Assembly (NCBI GenBank): GCA_903842085.1
Contig: CAIMLA010000004.1
Span: 1-63,813, forward strand
DNA from: an uncultured bacterium
Lineage (GTDB): Bacteria > Patescibacteriota > CPR2 > UBA1875 > CAIMLA01
Length of the DNA stretch: 63,813 bases
Direction of reading: 5' to 3'
Below are positions 28,494 through 37,914 of the stretch, piece after piece; positions within the stretch are counted from its first letter, which is position 1, and every line of letters starts with the position of its first letter. The position numbers were made by a program, and so were the translations under genes. The notes below the pieces were generated by a model. That model saw only the letters and a list, made by a program, of their open reading frames with translations, ran no database searches and was not told the origin of the DNA.

Positions 28494-30581
28494 ATGAATA
28501 AATTAAAACCGTTCGCCATATTAAGTTCGTTTGCACTAATTTTTAATATTTTGATACCGATTACGCTCGTAGCACACGCAGAGGGGAGTATTACAATATC
28601 TAGCTGTGCTGATTTACAGAATATTAATCATGATGGTGGTGTAGCACTGGGTGGTTCATATATCCAAACAGCCAGTTTCAGCTGTTCCGGGATTGAAAAT
28701 TTTGTACCGCTCGGCACAAGTGGAACGCCATTTCTTGGTACTTACGACGGTGGTAATTTCACAATCTCAGACCTTACGATTAATCGACCGGACACAAGTT
28801 ATATTGGGCTATTTGGGATGACTAATAGTAGCGCATCAATTAGTAATGTTGTTCTAAAAGATTTTAATATTACCGGTAAGAATGGTGTTGGTGGGCTGAT
28901 TGGTGCCAATAACAGTTCCGGTCTTGTAGTTGCCAATTCACATGTTTCAGGTAATGTTACTGGTAGATATTATGTTGGTGGGCTGGTTGGAATGAATCGA
29001 GGGGAAATTTCCAATTCGTCTTCTTCAGCGACTGTGACTGGCGGCGGAGCATATCAAGACTATCCTGTTATTGGCATGGTTGGTGGTCTGGTTGGTCGTA
29101 ATGGCGGCAGCGGTACTATTACAGATTCATACTCGTCTGGCAATGTAATAGGAAACAATAGTTATAAGAATGCCGGTGGTCTGGTGGGAGCTAATTTGGA
29201 CTGGTCTGGAACGATTGAAAATTCATACGCCTTGGGCGATGTATCGGCCACAGACTATGTTGGTGGCCTAGTCGGTTATATTAGTGGGTCAGGTAATATT
29301 ACCGACTCTCGTGCCGAGGGAACAGTGGCCGGGGTTGATTATGTCGGCGGACTATTGGGTAGTAGTATAAGCACCATAACTAGAAGTTACGCGACTGGCA
29401 ATGTGGCTGGCCAAAGTAATGTTGGTGGCTTAGCTGGCTATAGTAATGGGAGTATTACAGATTCACATGCTACCGGAATTGTTACTGGCACGGCTAATTA
29501 TGTTGGTGGCTTAGCTGGCTATAGTAGCGGAGTAATTACGGGTTCACATGCCACAGGTTCTGTTAATAGTTCAAGCGATACTGTGGGTGGACTAGTAGGT
29601 GCAAGCCAAAACGATATAAGCAGAAGTTATGCAACTGGTAATGTGACTGGGAATAACACAGTCGGTGGACTCACGGGCTATCTTAACGCCCCTCTTAGAA
29701 CATCATATGCATCCGGAAATGTTATTGGTAATGACCGGGTCGGTGGGTTAATAGGGGAAAGTAACGATTCGACATATGATAGTTATGCGACTGGTAATGT
29801 TACAGGAATAGACGATGTCGGTGGATTAATCGGTTTGCAAAATAATGGATACAATGTTCAGAATACCTACAACAAAGGGCAGGTGGAAGGCACTAGTAAT
29901 GTCGGGGGTTTAATCGGTTATAACGATGGCGGAGCCTTTGGATCCATTATTACTAGTTCATATTATGATGTAATCACTACAGGTATTGCTGATAACGGTC
30001 TTGGCACCCCAAAAACTACCGCCGAAATGAAGACCCAAAACACTTTTGTAGATTGGGATTTCTTAACTCCTGATGGCATCTGGAGCATAGATACTTTGGG
30101 CAAAAAGAACAGTGGTTACCCATATTTCCAATGGCAAGTATTTGACGAGACAGGCCCAACCTTTGAGGTTCTTGGTAACGGCGATAGTCGTACTATCAAT
30201 ATCGATGCTGGTCAGGTTATTACAACGAATCCGTACATTATCAAAGTCAAGCCATCCGATCCTGCCGGAGTCACAAAAGTAGAATTCTACATTGATGATA
30301 TCCTTATTGGGACCGACACTACCGCTGACGCAGATGGATATTACACCTGCTCATGGGATACATCAAAATATCATTCAGAGGTCAAAGTAATCGCTTTTGA
30401 TACACTTGGTAATACCACGACCCTAAATCGTTCTACCACCGTCAGGCTCGCTAGTACTTCTACTAGTACTTTGCCAGAAACTGGTGGCAATAATAATCAA
30501 GGAAATATTGTATGGCCCATCGGTTTACTCGGCGCAGCATTCGTAAGCGACCAGCAGATACTCAAAAAAATAAATATCTAG
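28494..30581 (+). CDS. GLUG-repeat cell-surface protein with LPXTG sorting signal
   Basis: Start trimmed to the ATG at 28494 (AGGAGGA RBS), giving signal peptide MNKLKPFAILSSFALIFNILIPITLVAHA. It has more than 15 VGGL(V/I)G repeats and an Ig-like C-terminal region. The C-terminus is LPETGG plus a hydrophobic stretch plus KKINI. Confidence 0.85.
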   Translation: MNKLKPFAILSSFALIFNILIPITLVAHAEGSITISSCADLQNINHDGGVALGGSYIQTASFSCSGIENFVPLGTSGTPFLGTYDGGNFTISDLTINRPDTSYIGLFGMTNSSASISNVVLKDFNITGKNGVGGLIGANNSSGLVVANSHVSGNVTGRYYVGGLVGMNRGEISNSSSSATVTGGGAYQDYPVIGMVGGLVGRNGGSGTITDSYSSGNVIGNNSYKNAGGLVGANLDWSGTIENSYALGDVSATDYVGGLVGYISGSGNITDSRAEGTVAGVDYVGGLLGSSISTITRSYATGNVAGQSNVGGLAGYSNGSITDSHATGIVTGTANYVGGLAGYSSGVITGSHATGSVNSSSDTVGGLVGASQNDISRSYATGNVTGNNTVGGLTGYLNAPLRTSYASGNVIGNDRVGGLIGESNDSTYDSYATGNVTGIDDVGGLIGLQNNGYNVQNTYNKGQVEGTSNVGGLIGYNDGGAFGSIITSSYYDVITTGIADNGLGTPKTTAEMKTQNTFVDWDFLTPDGIWSIDTLGKKNSGYPYFQWQVFDETGPTFEVLGNGDSRTINIDAGQVITTNPYIIKVKPSDPAGVTKVEFYIDDILIGTDTTADADGYYTCSWDTSKYHSEVKVIAFDTLGNTTTLNRSTTVRLASTSTSTLPETGGNNNQGNIVWPIGLLGAAFVSDQQILKKINI

Positions 30582-31144
30582 GATTCATCCTCGTCGGAGT
30601 TGTCGTTATTTCTTTTTTAGCTTTTGTTATATTCTTTCTATGGCAACCAGCTGCCGACAAGTACATAAAAAAAGATGGAAACGTGATCGTTTCATCATCC
30701 CAGGAAACAACGGTTGCAAACAAAACTTTTCTAGATTTTGGCATAGAAATATCAAAGCTTGGACTCAAAGCACCGGTAACTGCCAACGTAAATGGAGATA
30801 ACAAAGTTGAATATGAAAAATCTCTGACCAAGGGGCTAGCACACTACAAAGGAACTGAGCTCCCAGGTGCAGGAGGTAATGTTTTTGTTTTTGGTCACTC
30901 CGGCAGTGACTCTGATGGTGGACCGTATGCCAAAATATTTAGAAACCTGAATGATTTAAAAAATGGTGACAAGATAACTGTGTATTACAAGAACAAGAAA
31001 TATGATTATACCGTCACGGAGAAAAAGGTTGTCGCCGCCGATGATCTCTCACCACTTAATTTGACCGACGACGAGCGCTTGACTCTGATGACCTGTTGGC
31101 CGGTAGGGACAAAGGACAAAAGATTGATAGTTATTGCAAAGTAA
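30512..31144 (+). CDS. sortase-family transpeptidase
   Basis: 210 aa with an N-terminal TM helix, the His motif FVFGHSG, the catalytic motif LTLMTCWP and a C-terminal Arg (RLIV). The exact start is uncertain because it overlaps the GLUG gene by 70 nt. Confidence 0.85.
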   Translation: MAHRFTRRSIRKRPADTQKNKYLGFILVGVVVISFLAFVIFFLWQPAADKYIKKDGNVIVSSSQETTVANKTFLDFGIEISKLGLKAPVTANVNGDNKVEYEKSLTKGLAHYKGTELPGAGGNVFVFGHSGSDSDGGPYAKIFRNLNDLKNGDKITVYYKNKKYDYTVTEKKVVAADDLSPLNLTDDERLTLMTCWPVGTKDKRLIVIAK

Positions 31145-31182
31145 CTCCTTGGTTTGTCTGATATATTTCTATCCACGCGTTC

Positions 31183-31216
31183 AACTCCCTAACTAATAAG
31201 TTCCAACTATTTTCAA
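31183..31216. repeat. direct repeat copy B (downstream of sortase)
   Basis: AACTCCCTAACTAATAAGTTCCAACTATTTTCAA. See copy A. Confidence 0.8.
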
Positions 31217-31346
31217 CGCAGCCGCCATCTAGCAAGCCATCACATTTGTGGTGGGTTTTGTTTTTTACAAGGTATTTACTTTTAATGAGTGCCTAAACCC
31301 CTATCGGTCTTAGAACTTTTAAGCATAACTATGATATTATTTTGTT

Positions 31347-31601
31347 ATGAAGAAAACGAACGACACTTATTGTATCGTCATAAAAGGCAAAAATATCATA
31401 GAACTTTATTACCGTGACAAAGACGGCTGGTTAAAGATCAGTAATAGGGGCCGTTTATTTCGCGCAACAGGCGAACAGGTTCTCAACCATTTATTACCTG
31501 CTTTATCGCTAAGCGATTTGTTAAAGCTCTCTGTGACTGTTGAACATTATGACAAACCTTATTGGCAAACACTTATTGAAAGGGATAAAGAAATAAAGTA
31601 A
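31347..31601 (+). CDS. hypothetical protein, 84 aa
   Basis: ORF only. No family recognised. Confidence 0.45.
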   Translation: MKKTNDTYCIVIKGKNIIELYYRDKDGWLKISNRGRLFRATGEQVLNHLLPALSLSDLLKLSVTVEHYDKPYWQTLIERDKEIK

Positions 31602-31751
31602 TCCATTAATTGCTCTTCTGCTACGCTACATGTTCTAAACTCATTCCACCGAACTCACCAAATAAGGTTAACTCTCTAATACTAATTTATTGATAAAGCC
31701 GTAAGTTCACTAAATTTATTAATTAATTTAATGTTTATAATTCTTCAAGGA

Positions 31752-31789
31752 AAAGCCGGCACACCTCATGAAAGAGTTTTGCCGGCTTT
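31752..31789 (-). terminator. intrinsic terminator of the HD-GYP gene
   Basis: Perfect 10-bp stem AAAGCCGGCA/TGCCGGCTTT. On the minus strand it is followed by TTTTCCTT, about 30 nt after the stop. Confidence 0.7.
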
Positions 31790-31822
31790 GTTGTTGGTCG
31801 TTACTTGGGATGTGCTTCGTTA

Positions 31823-33058
31823 TCAGCTATGGTTTCGTTTGATTTTATCTGAAAACTTGAAATCATTATCACGAAAAACGCCTAAGCACGCCGTTGCTAC
31901 TTCTGAGCAATATTTTTCACCCGCGCCCTGTTCAATCTCCGCGAGAGCTGCATCGATACCTAATCCTAAACGATAGGGCCGGGATGACATCATTGCATCG
32001 ACGACGTCGGCGACCATGATGACCTTTGCTTGAAGGAGCAGTTCGTTTGCAGTAAGCCCACGTGGATAACCTGAACCGTTACAGCGCTCGTGATGCTGGT
32101 AAACAATCTCGGGTACAAGGCCTGGCATATCAGAGGTTTTAAGTAGTTCGAAGCCTTTCTTGGAGTGACCCTTGATAAGCTCGAACTCGATTGGCGAAAG
32201 ACCGCCCGGCTTGCTCAGTATCTCGGCAGGAATGCTTATCTTACCAATGTCATGGACAAGTGCTGCGTTATAGGTCTCAGTGACATCCGCATTCGACATT
32301 CCAAGCTTATTCGCAACGGCCATCGAGAGTTCAGCTACTCGTATTTGATGCCCAGCAGTGTAGGGGTCATGTGCATCACACACTCTATTGACCACCTCGA
32401 TTAGCGAGGAAAGGGCATTAGCCAGTTGTGCTTCGACTCGCTTTGTGGCGGTAATATCCTGGACGGCCGTAACTTGATAAGCCAATGAGCCATATTCGTC
32501 GCGGACGGCGGAGACACTTACGCGAGCCCAGATAATCTTACCATCCTTTCGCATGTAGCGCTTCTCGCTCTCGTAACTGTCAAGTTCGCCTCTAAGCATT
32601 GCCTCCATCGCTTCTACGTTTTTTTCAACATCATCTGGATGGGTTATATCGGCAAAACTTAAGGACCCTAGCTCTTGCGGCGTATAACCGAGAAGGTTGC
32701 ACAGCGACGGGTTCACTCTAAACCAATTGCCTTGCGGCGTAACTTCCGCAAGTCCGATTGCTGCATATTCGAAGGCTACCATATAGCGTTCCTTCTCGCG
32801 TAGAAGTTCCGTCGAGGCCCGTTTGCGTTCAGAGAGATTGTCGGACTTCTCGGTCGAAGACAACTTTTGAATATTTGATATTTCTCGGCGATGCACACTA
32901 AGACAATAGTCGATAATGGTGGCAATTAGAGACTCTGTGTCAGGGACACTGATCAATGTAGCAAGAGCCGCCTTAGCTTGCACTCTTTTTTCTGAGAGCA
33001 ACGAAGTCGGGCGTTCTTGCAATCCTTTTGGTACTTTGGGCAAACTGATAATAGACAT
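31823..33058 (-). CDS. PAS-domain HD-GYP phosphodiesterase (c-di-GMP-type)
   Basis: 411 aa. It has a PAS segment (EVTPQGNWFRVNPSLCNLLGYTPQEL), HDIGK and HHERCNGSGYP. It is visibly more G+C-rich than its flanks. Confidence 0.9.
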   Translation of the reverse strand: MSIISLPKVPKGLQERPTSLLSEKRVQAKAALATLISVPDTESLIATIIDYCLSVHRREISNIQKLSSTEKSDNLSERKRASTELLREKERYMVAFEYAAIGLAEVTPQGNWFRVNPSLCNLLGYTPQELGSLSFADITHPDDVEKNVEAMEAMLRGELDSYESEKRYMRKDGKIIWARVSVSAVRDEYGSLAYQVTAVQDITATKRVEAQLANALSSLIEVVNRVCDAHDPYTAGHQIRVAELSMAVANKLGMSNADVTETYNAALVHDIGKISIPAEILSKPGGLSPIEFELIKGHSKKGFELLKTSDMPGLVPEIVYQHHERCNGSGYPRGLTANELLLQAKVIMVADVVDAMMSSRPYRLGLGIDAALAEIEQGAGEKYCSEVATACLGVFRDNDFKFSDKIKRNHS

Positions 33059-33313
33059 CTATTCTCCTTAGGTTCGTGAATGTCTTCATTCTTCAGAGAC
33101 ACCAGCACCGTAGAAGTATCATATTTACTCGACTCCCGCTAGAGTTAGAATTGTGATATTGCCAAGTCAGCATTCCCCGTTCCTCTATTTTCAAAGGGCT
33201 TTGCCTAAAAAAGACTTATGTATTATAAACATACTATCCAAAATATTAATATGCGTTTGTTATAAAATTATCAAGGAATATGAGGAAGCCCTCAACAAGC
33301 TTGGAAAAGAATA

Positions 33314-33733
33314 ATGAAAATCTTAACTGTGGCAGAAGTTGATGAAATTGCCCATCGCATGGCCCGAGCTCATTTGGACTGGGGCAAGCCAATCCCAGAC
33401 TTCGAAACCAGATATCCAGGTAAGTTGGAATCTTGCTTAATTCAGGCCCTTCAAACTTACAGTAAAAGAGATATAGACCCTTCGCCAATCGATAAGGCCG
33501 CCATTATGTTTTGCCTGATGATAAAAAATCATCCTTTTTTAAATGGGAATAAAAGGATGACAGTGACCTCTGTTATCACTTTTCTTCTGCTAAATCAAAA
33601 ATGGTTAAAAGTTAAAAATGAACAGCTTTACAATCTGTCGGTCTGGGTGGCTAGCTCCGATCCTCAAGGCATGGACGGCGTCGTTTTAGCGATCAAGGAT
33701 ATTATAAAACGAAATTTAGTGAATCTAGATTAA
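33314..33733 (+). CDS. Fic/Doc (death-on-curing) family protein
   Basis: 139 aa with Fic motif HPFLNGNKR. Confidence 0.8.
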   Translation: MKILTVAEVDEIAHRMARAHLDWGKPIPDFETRYPGKLESCLIQALQTYSKRDIDPSPIDKAAIMFCLMIKNHPFLNGNKRMTVTSVITFLLLNQKWLKVKNEQLYNLSVWVASSDPQGMDGVVLAIKDIIKRNLVNLD

Positions 33734-33849
33734 CGCTGCTAGTTTACTTCTAGCTGATCCCCTTTTATATAGTTCCAGCGCTACTCGCTTCGCCAAATGG
33801 GATACAAATCAGTCTGTTTACTAAGATCATTTTTTGTTAAGATTAGACC

Positions 33850-34263
33850 ATGAAGGATACTGAATTTGACGTTAATAAAAACAACGGCTTAACTAAGAAG
33901 GAATTAGAAAAGCTTCTCAATGTTTGGCAAGATAGATTGAGAATGAGCGACTGGAATATTTCTATTTCAATTGTTAATTTTGGTAGAAAAGACTATAAGC
34001 AAAGCGGTGATTTTGAAGCTGATGTTTTGGCAAAAAAAGCTAAAATTTTACTAACTGCAAAACCTTTCCGTGGAGATGAGGAATATACCTTAGTCCATGA
34101 GCTTCTTCATATCTTGTTGTATGACTACGACAAATTTTCCGAGGAAGTTTTGCTAGATAGGTTTGACGTTGATTCTAAACAGCATGATAAATATATGGAA
34201 AAGTTAGAGGAGACAGTCCATCATTTAACTGAGATCCTTTTAAGTAGAGGTTGTAACCATTAA
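33850..34263 (+). CDS. small HExxH metallopeptidase-like protein (SprT/phage-type)
   Basis: 137 aa with TLVHELLHILL. The layout resembles small phage-associated zinc peptidases. Confidence 0.5.
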   Translation: MKDTEFDVNKNNGLTKKELEKLLNVWQDRLRMSDWNISISIVNFGRKDYKQSGDFEADVLAKKAKILLTAKPFRGDEEYTLVHELLHILLYDYDKFSEEVLLDRFDVDSKQHDKYMEKLEETVHHLTEILLSRGCNH

Positions 34264-34324
34264 AACTAAGAGCTCCTGCCCTGAGTGTCTTACCAAATCA
34301 GAAAAGGCTTTTTGATTGGTAGGA

Positions 34325-34352
34325 AAATGGCCCGCAGGGAAACGGGCCATTT
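34325..34352. terminator. hairpin between convergent genes
   Basis: Perfect 10-bp stem AAATGGCCCG/CGGGCCATTT with loop CAGGGAAA. A/T runs on both sides suit bidirectional termination. Confidence 0.6.
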
Positions 34353-34363
34353 AAATGATTCTT

Positions 34364-34714
34364 TTAGAGATCCTCAAACGGGTTGATGCTTCCATCATAG
34401 TCAGGGTCGATTGTGGCGTTTGGAATATATTGAAGACCAAAGACGGATTCGGTGAAATGAGGCGCTTTTTTCAATTCTGTGATGACTTTTTTTAGTATCG
34501 TAATCTTAATATCTTCTATGTCACCGATAGTAATGTCATTGATATCATATGAATTTATGGTGATTGAACTAGGAAAGTCGATGTAGAAGAAACCATCTCT
34601 AAGGTAGATAACCGCAAATTGATATTCATACTCGATACCGAGAACTTCCTCATGGGCAATTATTTCCTGACGATACAAGAGAACATCATCTGAAGAAGAA
34701 TCATTTTGGTTCAT
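34364..34714 (-). CDS. hypothetical acidic protein
   Basis: Start trimmed to the ATG at 34714 (MNQNDSSS...) with AAAGGAAG 5 nt upstream. The track start is a TTG extension. Confidence 0.5.
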   Translation of the reverse strand: MNQNDSSSDDVLLYRQEIIAHEEVLGIEYEYQFAVIYLRDGFFYIDFPSSITINSYDINDITIGDIEDIKITILKKVITELKKAPHFTESVFGLQYIPNATIDPDYDGSINPFEDL

Positions 34715-34916
34715 CGCACTTCCTTTCAAACCGTTGTCAGTGCGTTTGTGAGAATTTTAGGCCGATTACTAGAGAAATTCAACAACAATTTTATATTACA
34801 AAGTTAACTGCAATAATCACGACTCAAAAGTTTAAGGTTTGTTCTGCTAAATTTGCTAAGGTTAAAGCTATACGAAACTTTATAATACACTTCCAACCTG
34901 CTTCTTTTGACAAAAG

Positions 34917-35753
34917 TTATTGACACTGACTATCACAGGCCATTCCATCTTTATTAGCATCCCTTGCGGAACAGCCACAAGTATCAAGCTGATATTGGGC
35001 TTCTTCACAACTTAGGTTCGCACAAGTTTTAGAACAATTACAAGTATAAACTGAGGTTGTTGAAGGCGTTGTCGGAGTTGGAACGATCGGCAAGGTCGTC
35101 GTTGGGGCAGCGCCTGCAGTTTTAGTCGTATCACCATTACAAGTATTAGCAGACCAAAGCCCTTTACTGCCTTCTCTCGCTATTTTTTCTGCTTTTTTAA
35201 ACTCTTTTTGATATTTATAAGGCGTATTATAGGTGTATTCATGAGCATATCCATTTTCGACCAGCCATTTATTATAGTGAGGGCCGTTTTCTATAAAAAG
35301 ATATCTGAGCAATCGGCCATATTTATCCCTATCTCCTTGGGTCGGGTCTGCTTCAAGAGTGACTTTTTTACCGGTCAACATTTCTTTGGCTTTGTCAGAG
35401 GCTTCTTTCCCAAAACATTGGACCGTTTTTCTTGGATCAACTGTTTCGGGGGTATCGATCCCAATTAATCTCAAGCGTTCGGTTTTGCCATTAAGACTGA
35501 CATCGATCGTATCTCCATCTACAACCTTTATGACTTGATAATACGACTTTCCTTCTTTTGCGGTTTCTTTTGTCTCGGTCGTCCTCGATTGCTTCGTCTC
35601 CTTGGCGGCTATCACGCCGATTAAGATAATTAACAAGAGAAACAAGACAGTAACTATAAAACAACCGCCATGAGTTTTCCCCATAATCGACGATAAAAAC
35701 TTGTTGTTCTTAGTCTTGTTTATCTCTTTTGGTTGGTTCATATCAACTTTCAT
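34917..35753 (-). CDS. membrane-anchored/secreted thermonuclease (SNase) with C-terminal Excalibur-like Ca-binding domain
   Basis: 278 aa with a TM helix, VVDGDTIDVSLNGKTERLRLIGIDTPE, a T/P linker and a Cys-rich tail RDANKDGMACD. Confidence 0.85.
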   Translation of the reverse strand: MKVDMNQPKEINKTKNNKFLSSIMGKTHGGCFIVTVLFLLLIILIGVIAAKETKQSRTTETKETAKEGKSYYQVIKVVDGDTIDVSLNGKTERLRLIGIDTPETVDPRKTVQCFGKEASDKAKEMLTGKKVTLEADPTQGDRDKYGRLLRYLFIENGPHYNKWLVENGYAHEYTYNTPYKYQKEFKKAEKIAREGSKGLWSANTCNGDTTKTAGAAPTTTLPIVPTPTTPSTTSVYTCNCSKTCANLSCEEAQYQLDTCGCSARDANKDGMACDSQCQ

Positions 35754-35982
35754 GGTTCCTTGATCTTATTTTTAGTTCCACTTATAACTATTTTATACAA
35801 CCAATGACAATGATTGTACATTGACAAGTAAAAACAATTCTTAAGGACCCAAACATCTTGGACACATTTAGTTAGATACTTAACAATAAGGAGACCTAAA
35901 AGTGAGATATAGAAGCTCAGATGAAATTGACTAGTTCATAGATATCAACAACGATAAGATAGAAATCAAAGAGTGTTTACGT

Positions 35983-37230
35983 TTATAGCTTATACCCTAA
36001 AAATTTATTAATTGGCAAATAACGGACTATCGTGTCACCTAAAGTTACAGTTATTGAGAGTGTTAGATTAATAATAAAAGCTTCTTTTGGTTTATATTTC
36101 TCTATATAATTTCTAAAGGATCTCGTCATTTCTGCTTTTTTTAAAGATTGATATTTAATCTCAAAAGGAGTTTGTCCCGCGTCATCAATTAAGAAATCGA
36201 CTTCCGCTCCGTCTTTCGTTCTCCAAAAATGAATCTTATCAGGGGTAAGGCTAATTTTTTCCTTTAATAAAAATAGGGTTAGATTCTCAAATAGGAAACC
36301 AAGAATACTTCCTTCTTCGACTCGACCAAAAACTCCAGCTGCGTAGTTTCTAAATCCAAGATCTTCAAAATAGACTACGGGTGCTTTTGTTATTTCTTTT
36401 CTAGCATTCCTATAAAAAGGCGTAATTCTTTCAAGCACAAATGTTTTCTCTAAATACCAAAGATAATTCCTAACCGTTTTCTCCGAAATCCCGACGGTTG
36501 AAGCAAGTTCTGAATAGTTGACTAAACTCCCAATTTGGCTGCTAAGAATTTTCACTAAATTCGTAAATTCTTCGGTTTTTTTGATCCCTAAAAGAAAAGA
36601 AATGTCTTTTTCAAGATAGCTTTGATAGATCTCGGCTATAAGTCTTTGTTTCTCTTCAAACGTCTCGGCAAGAACTACTTTTGGGTATCCACCAAAATTA
36701 AGATATTCTCTTAACAAATTAGCTGCTTTTTCTTTTTCTAATTCTAGAAATTGATCTAGCCTATCCTCATACCTATAATTAGTCCTGTGGTTAATGAATT
36801 CACGGATATTAACCGTTGAAAGTTCAAAAATTCTTTTTCTTCCAGTAAGAGATTCATGAATTTTTTCTTTTAGTTCTATACTACCAGATCCAGAAACAAT
36901 AAATTTATACGGCAAATTCATATCATAAAGACCTTTTAGGAATAAGCCCGCGTTTTCTTTCCTTTGCATTTCATCGATAAAAACATACCCTTTGTTATTT
37001 CCTATTTCAAGCTGTATCTTTCTAACTAACTCAGCCTGTGAATTAAAAAATCTTCGGTCTGCTTCAATGTCTAGATTGAGAAGTAGAGTTTTCTCTTTCT
37101 TTTCCTCTAAAGAACTCTTGAGCATTAGCATTAAGGTCGTTTTCCCGGCTTGTCTGGGACCTGTGATAAGGCTAATCTCTTTATTTTGAAGATGTTTTTC
37201 TAATTCAATTAATAGTGATCTCTTAATCAT
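35983..37230 (-). CDS. AAA ATPase with DUF4143-type C-terminal domain
   Basis: 415 aa with Walker A GPRQAGKTTL, Walker B YVFIDEMQ and a typical DUF4143 layout. Confidence 0.8.
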   Translation of the reverse strand: MIKRSLLIELEKHLQNKEISLITGPRQAGKTTLMLMLKSSLEEKKEKTLLLNLDIEADRRFFNSQAELVRKIQLEIGNNKGYVFIDEMQRKENAGLFLKGLYDMNLPYKFIVSGSGSIELKEKIHESLTGRKRIFELSTVNIREFINHRTNYRYEDRLDQFLELEKEKAANLLREYLNFGGYPKVVLAETFEEKQRLIAEIYQSYLEKDISFLLGIKKTEEFTNLVKILSSQIGSLVNYSELASTVGISEKTVRNYLWYLEKTFVLERITPFYRNARKEITKAPVVYFEDLGFRNYAAGVFGRVEEGSILGFLFENLTLFLLKEKISLTPDKIHFWRTKDGAEVDFLIDDAGQTPFEIKYQSLKKAEMTRSFRNYIEKYKPKEAFIINLTLSITVTLGDTIVRYLPINKFLGYKL

Positions 37231-37370
37231 ACTTCTATTATAGTACGAGTATATACTATGTCAATATACTTAATAATCGTATTGCTTCATTAGATTTCAG
37301 ACATTAACCATCTTATCCAATCAACCCTATTTAACAATTTCCTGCTAAACCTTGGTTCTTATGATCATAA

Positions 37371-37655
37371 TTAAAAAATATCTGACTGATTCGTTTTTGC
37401 CTTATCGGTCAAAGAAGGTTCTTCGGCCTTAGTCTCTACTGACTCCGGGTGTTTCTCATTTGTTAATTTATTATATAGTTCACTATGGTCTCTTTTTAGA
37501 CTTTCAAAATAGCTAACATTGGCCATATCGATTGGTGGTTTATTAATGAAATTCACTAAATCGTTTTCTTCTTTTGCCTTTACTTCATCACTAGTCAATA
37601 AATATTTTCCATTTACAGGACCTTTATCTTTCTGAGGAAATTTATATTGATACAT
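37371..37655 (-). CDS. hypothetical protein, 94 aa
   Basis: ORF only. Confidence 0.45.
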   Translation of the reverse strand: MYQYKFPQKDKGPVNGKYLLTSDEVKAKEENDLVNFINKPPIDMANVSYFESLKRDHSELYNKLTNEKHPESVETKAEEPSLTDKAKTNQSDIF

Positions 37656-37914
37656 CGGTTCTCTCCTTTTTGAAATATTGTTTCGACGGATATATTATAA
37701 TACAACTAAACCTATAGTAATAAACTATCTATCCTAATTTCACCACTCCGCCTCGATAAATAAATGAAAAAACAAAATGACTAAGAGAGGCAAGTAAGGG
37801 TTGTCTCAAAATAAGAGATCATTCGATCTCTTTAGCTTTGACAAATCAAGTCGCGAAAAGACCAAAGAGAGACACTTCTATGGCTAATGAGGTAAATATG
37901 ATTATAATAAAATC

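Noticed and set aside
28274-28519. An 81-aa minus-strand ORF spanning repeat copy A and the GLUG gene start.
   Set aside because: It overlaps the well-supported GLUG start and RBS, and has no RBS or recognisable family. The second repeat copy has stops in the equivalent frame, so the similarity is at DNA level, not coding.
30512-30581. The 70-nt overlap of the GLUG gene and the sortase, considered as a possible frameshift or fusion.
   Set aside because: The GLUG ORF ends with a complete sorting signal (LPETGG, hydrophobic stretch, basic tail), so it is intact. The overlap more likely reflects an over-extended sortase start call.
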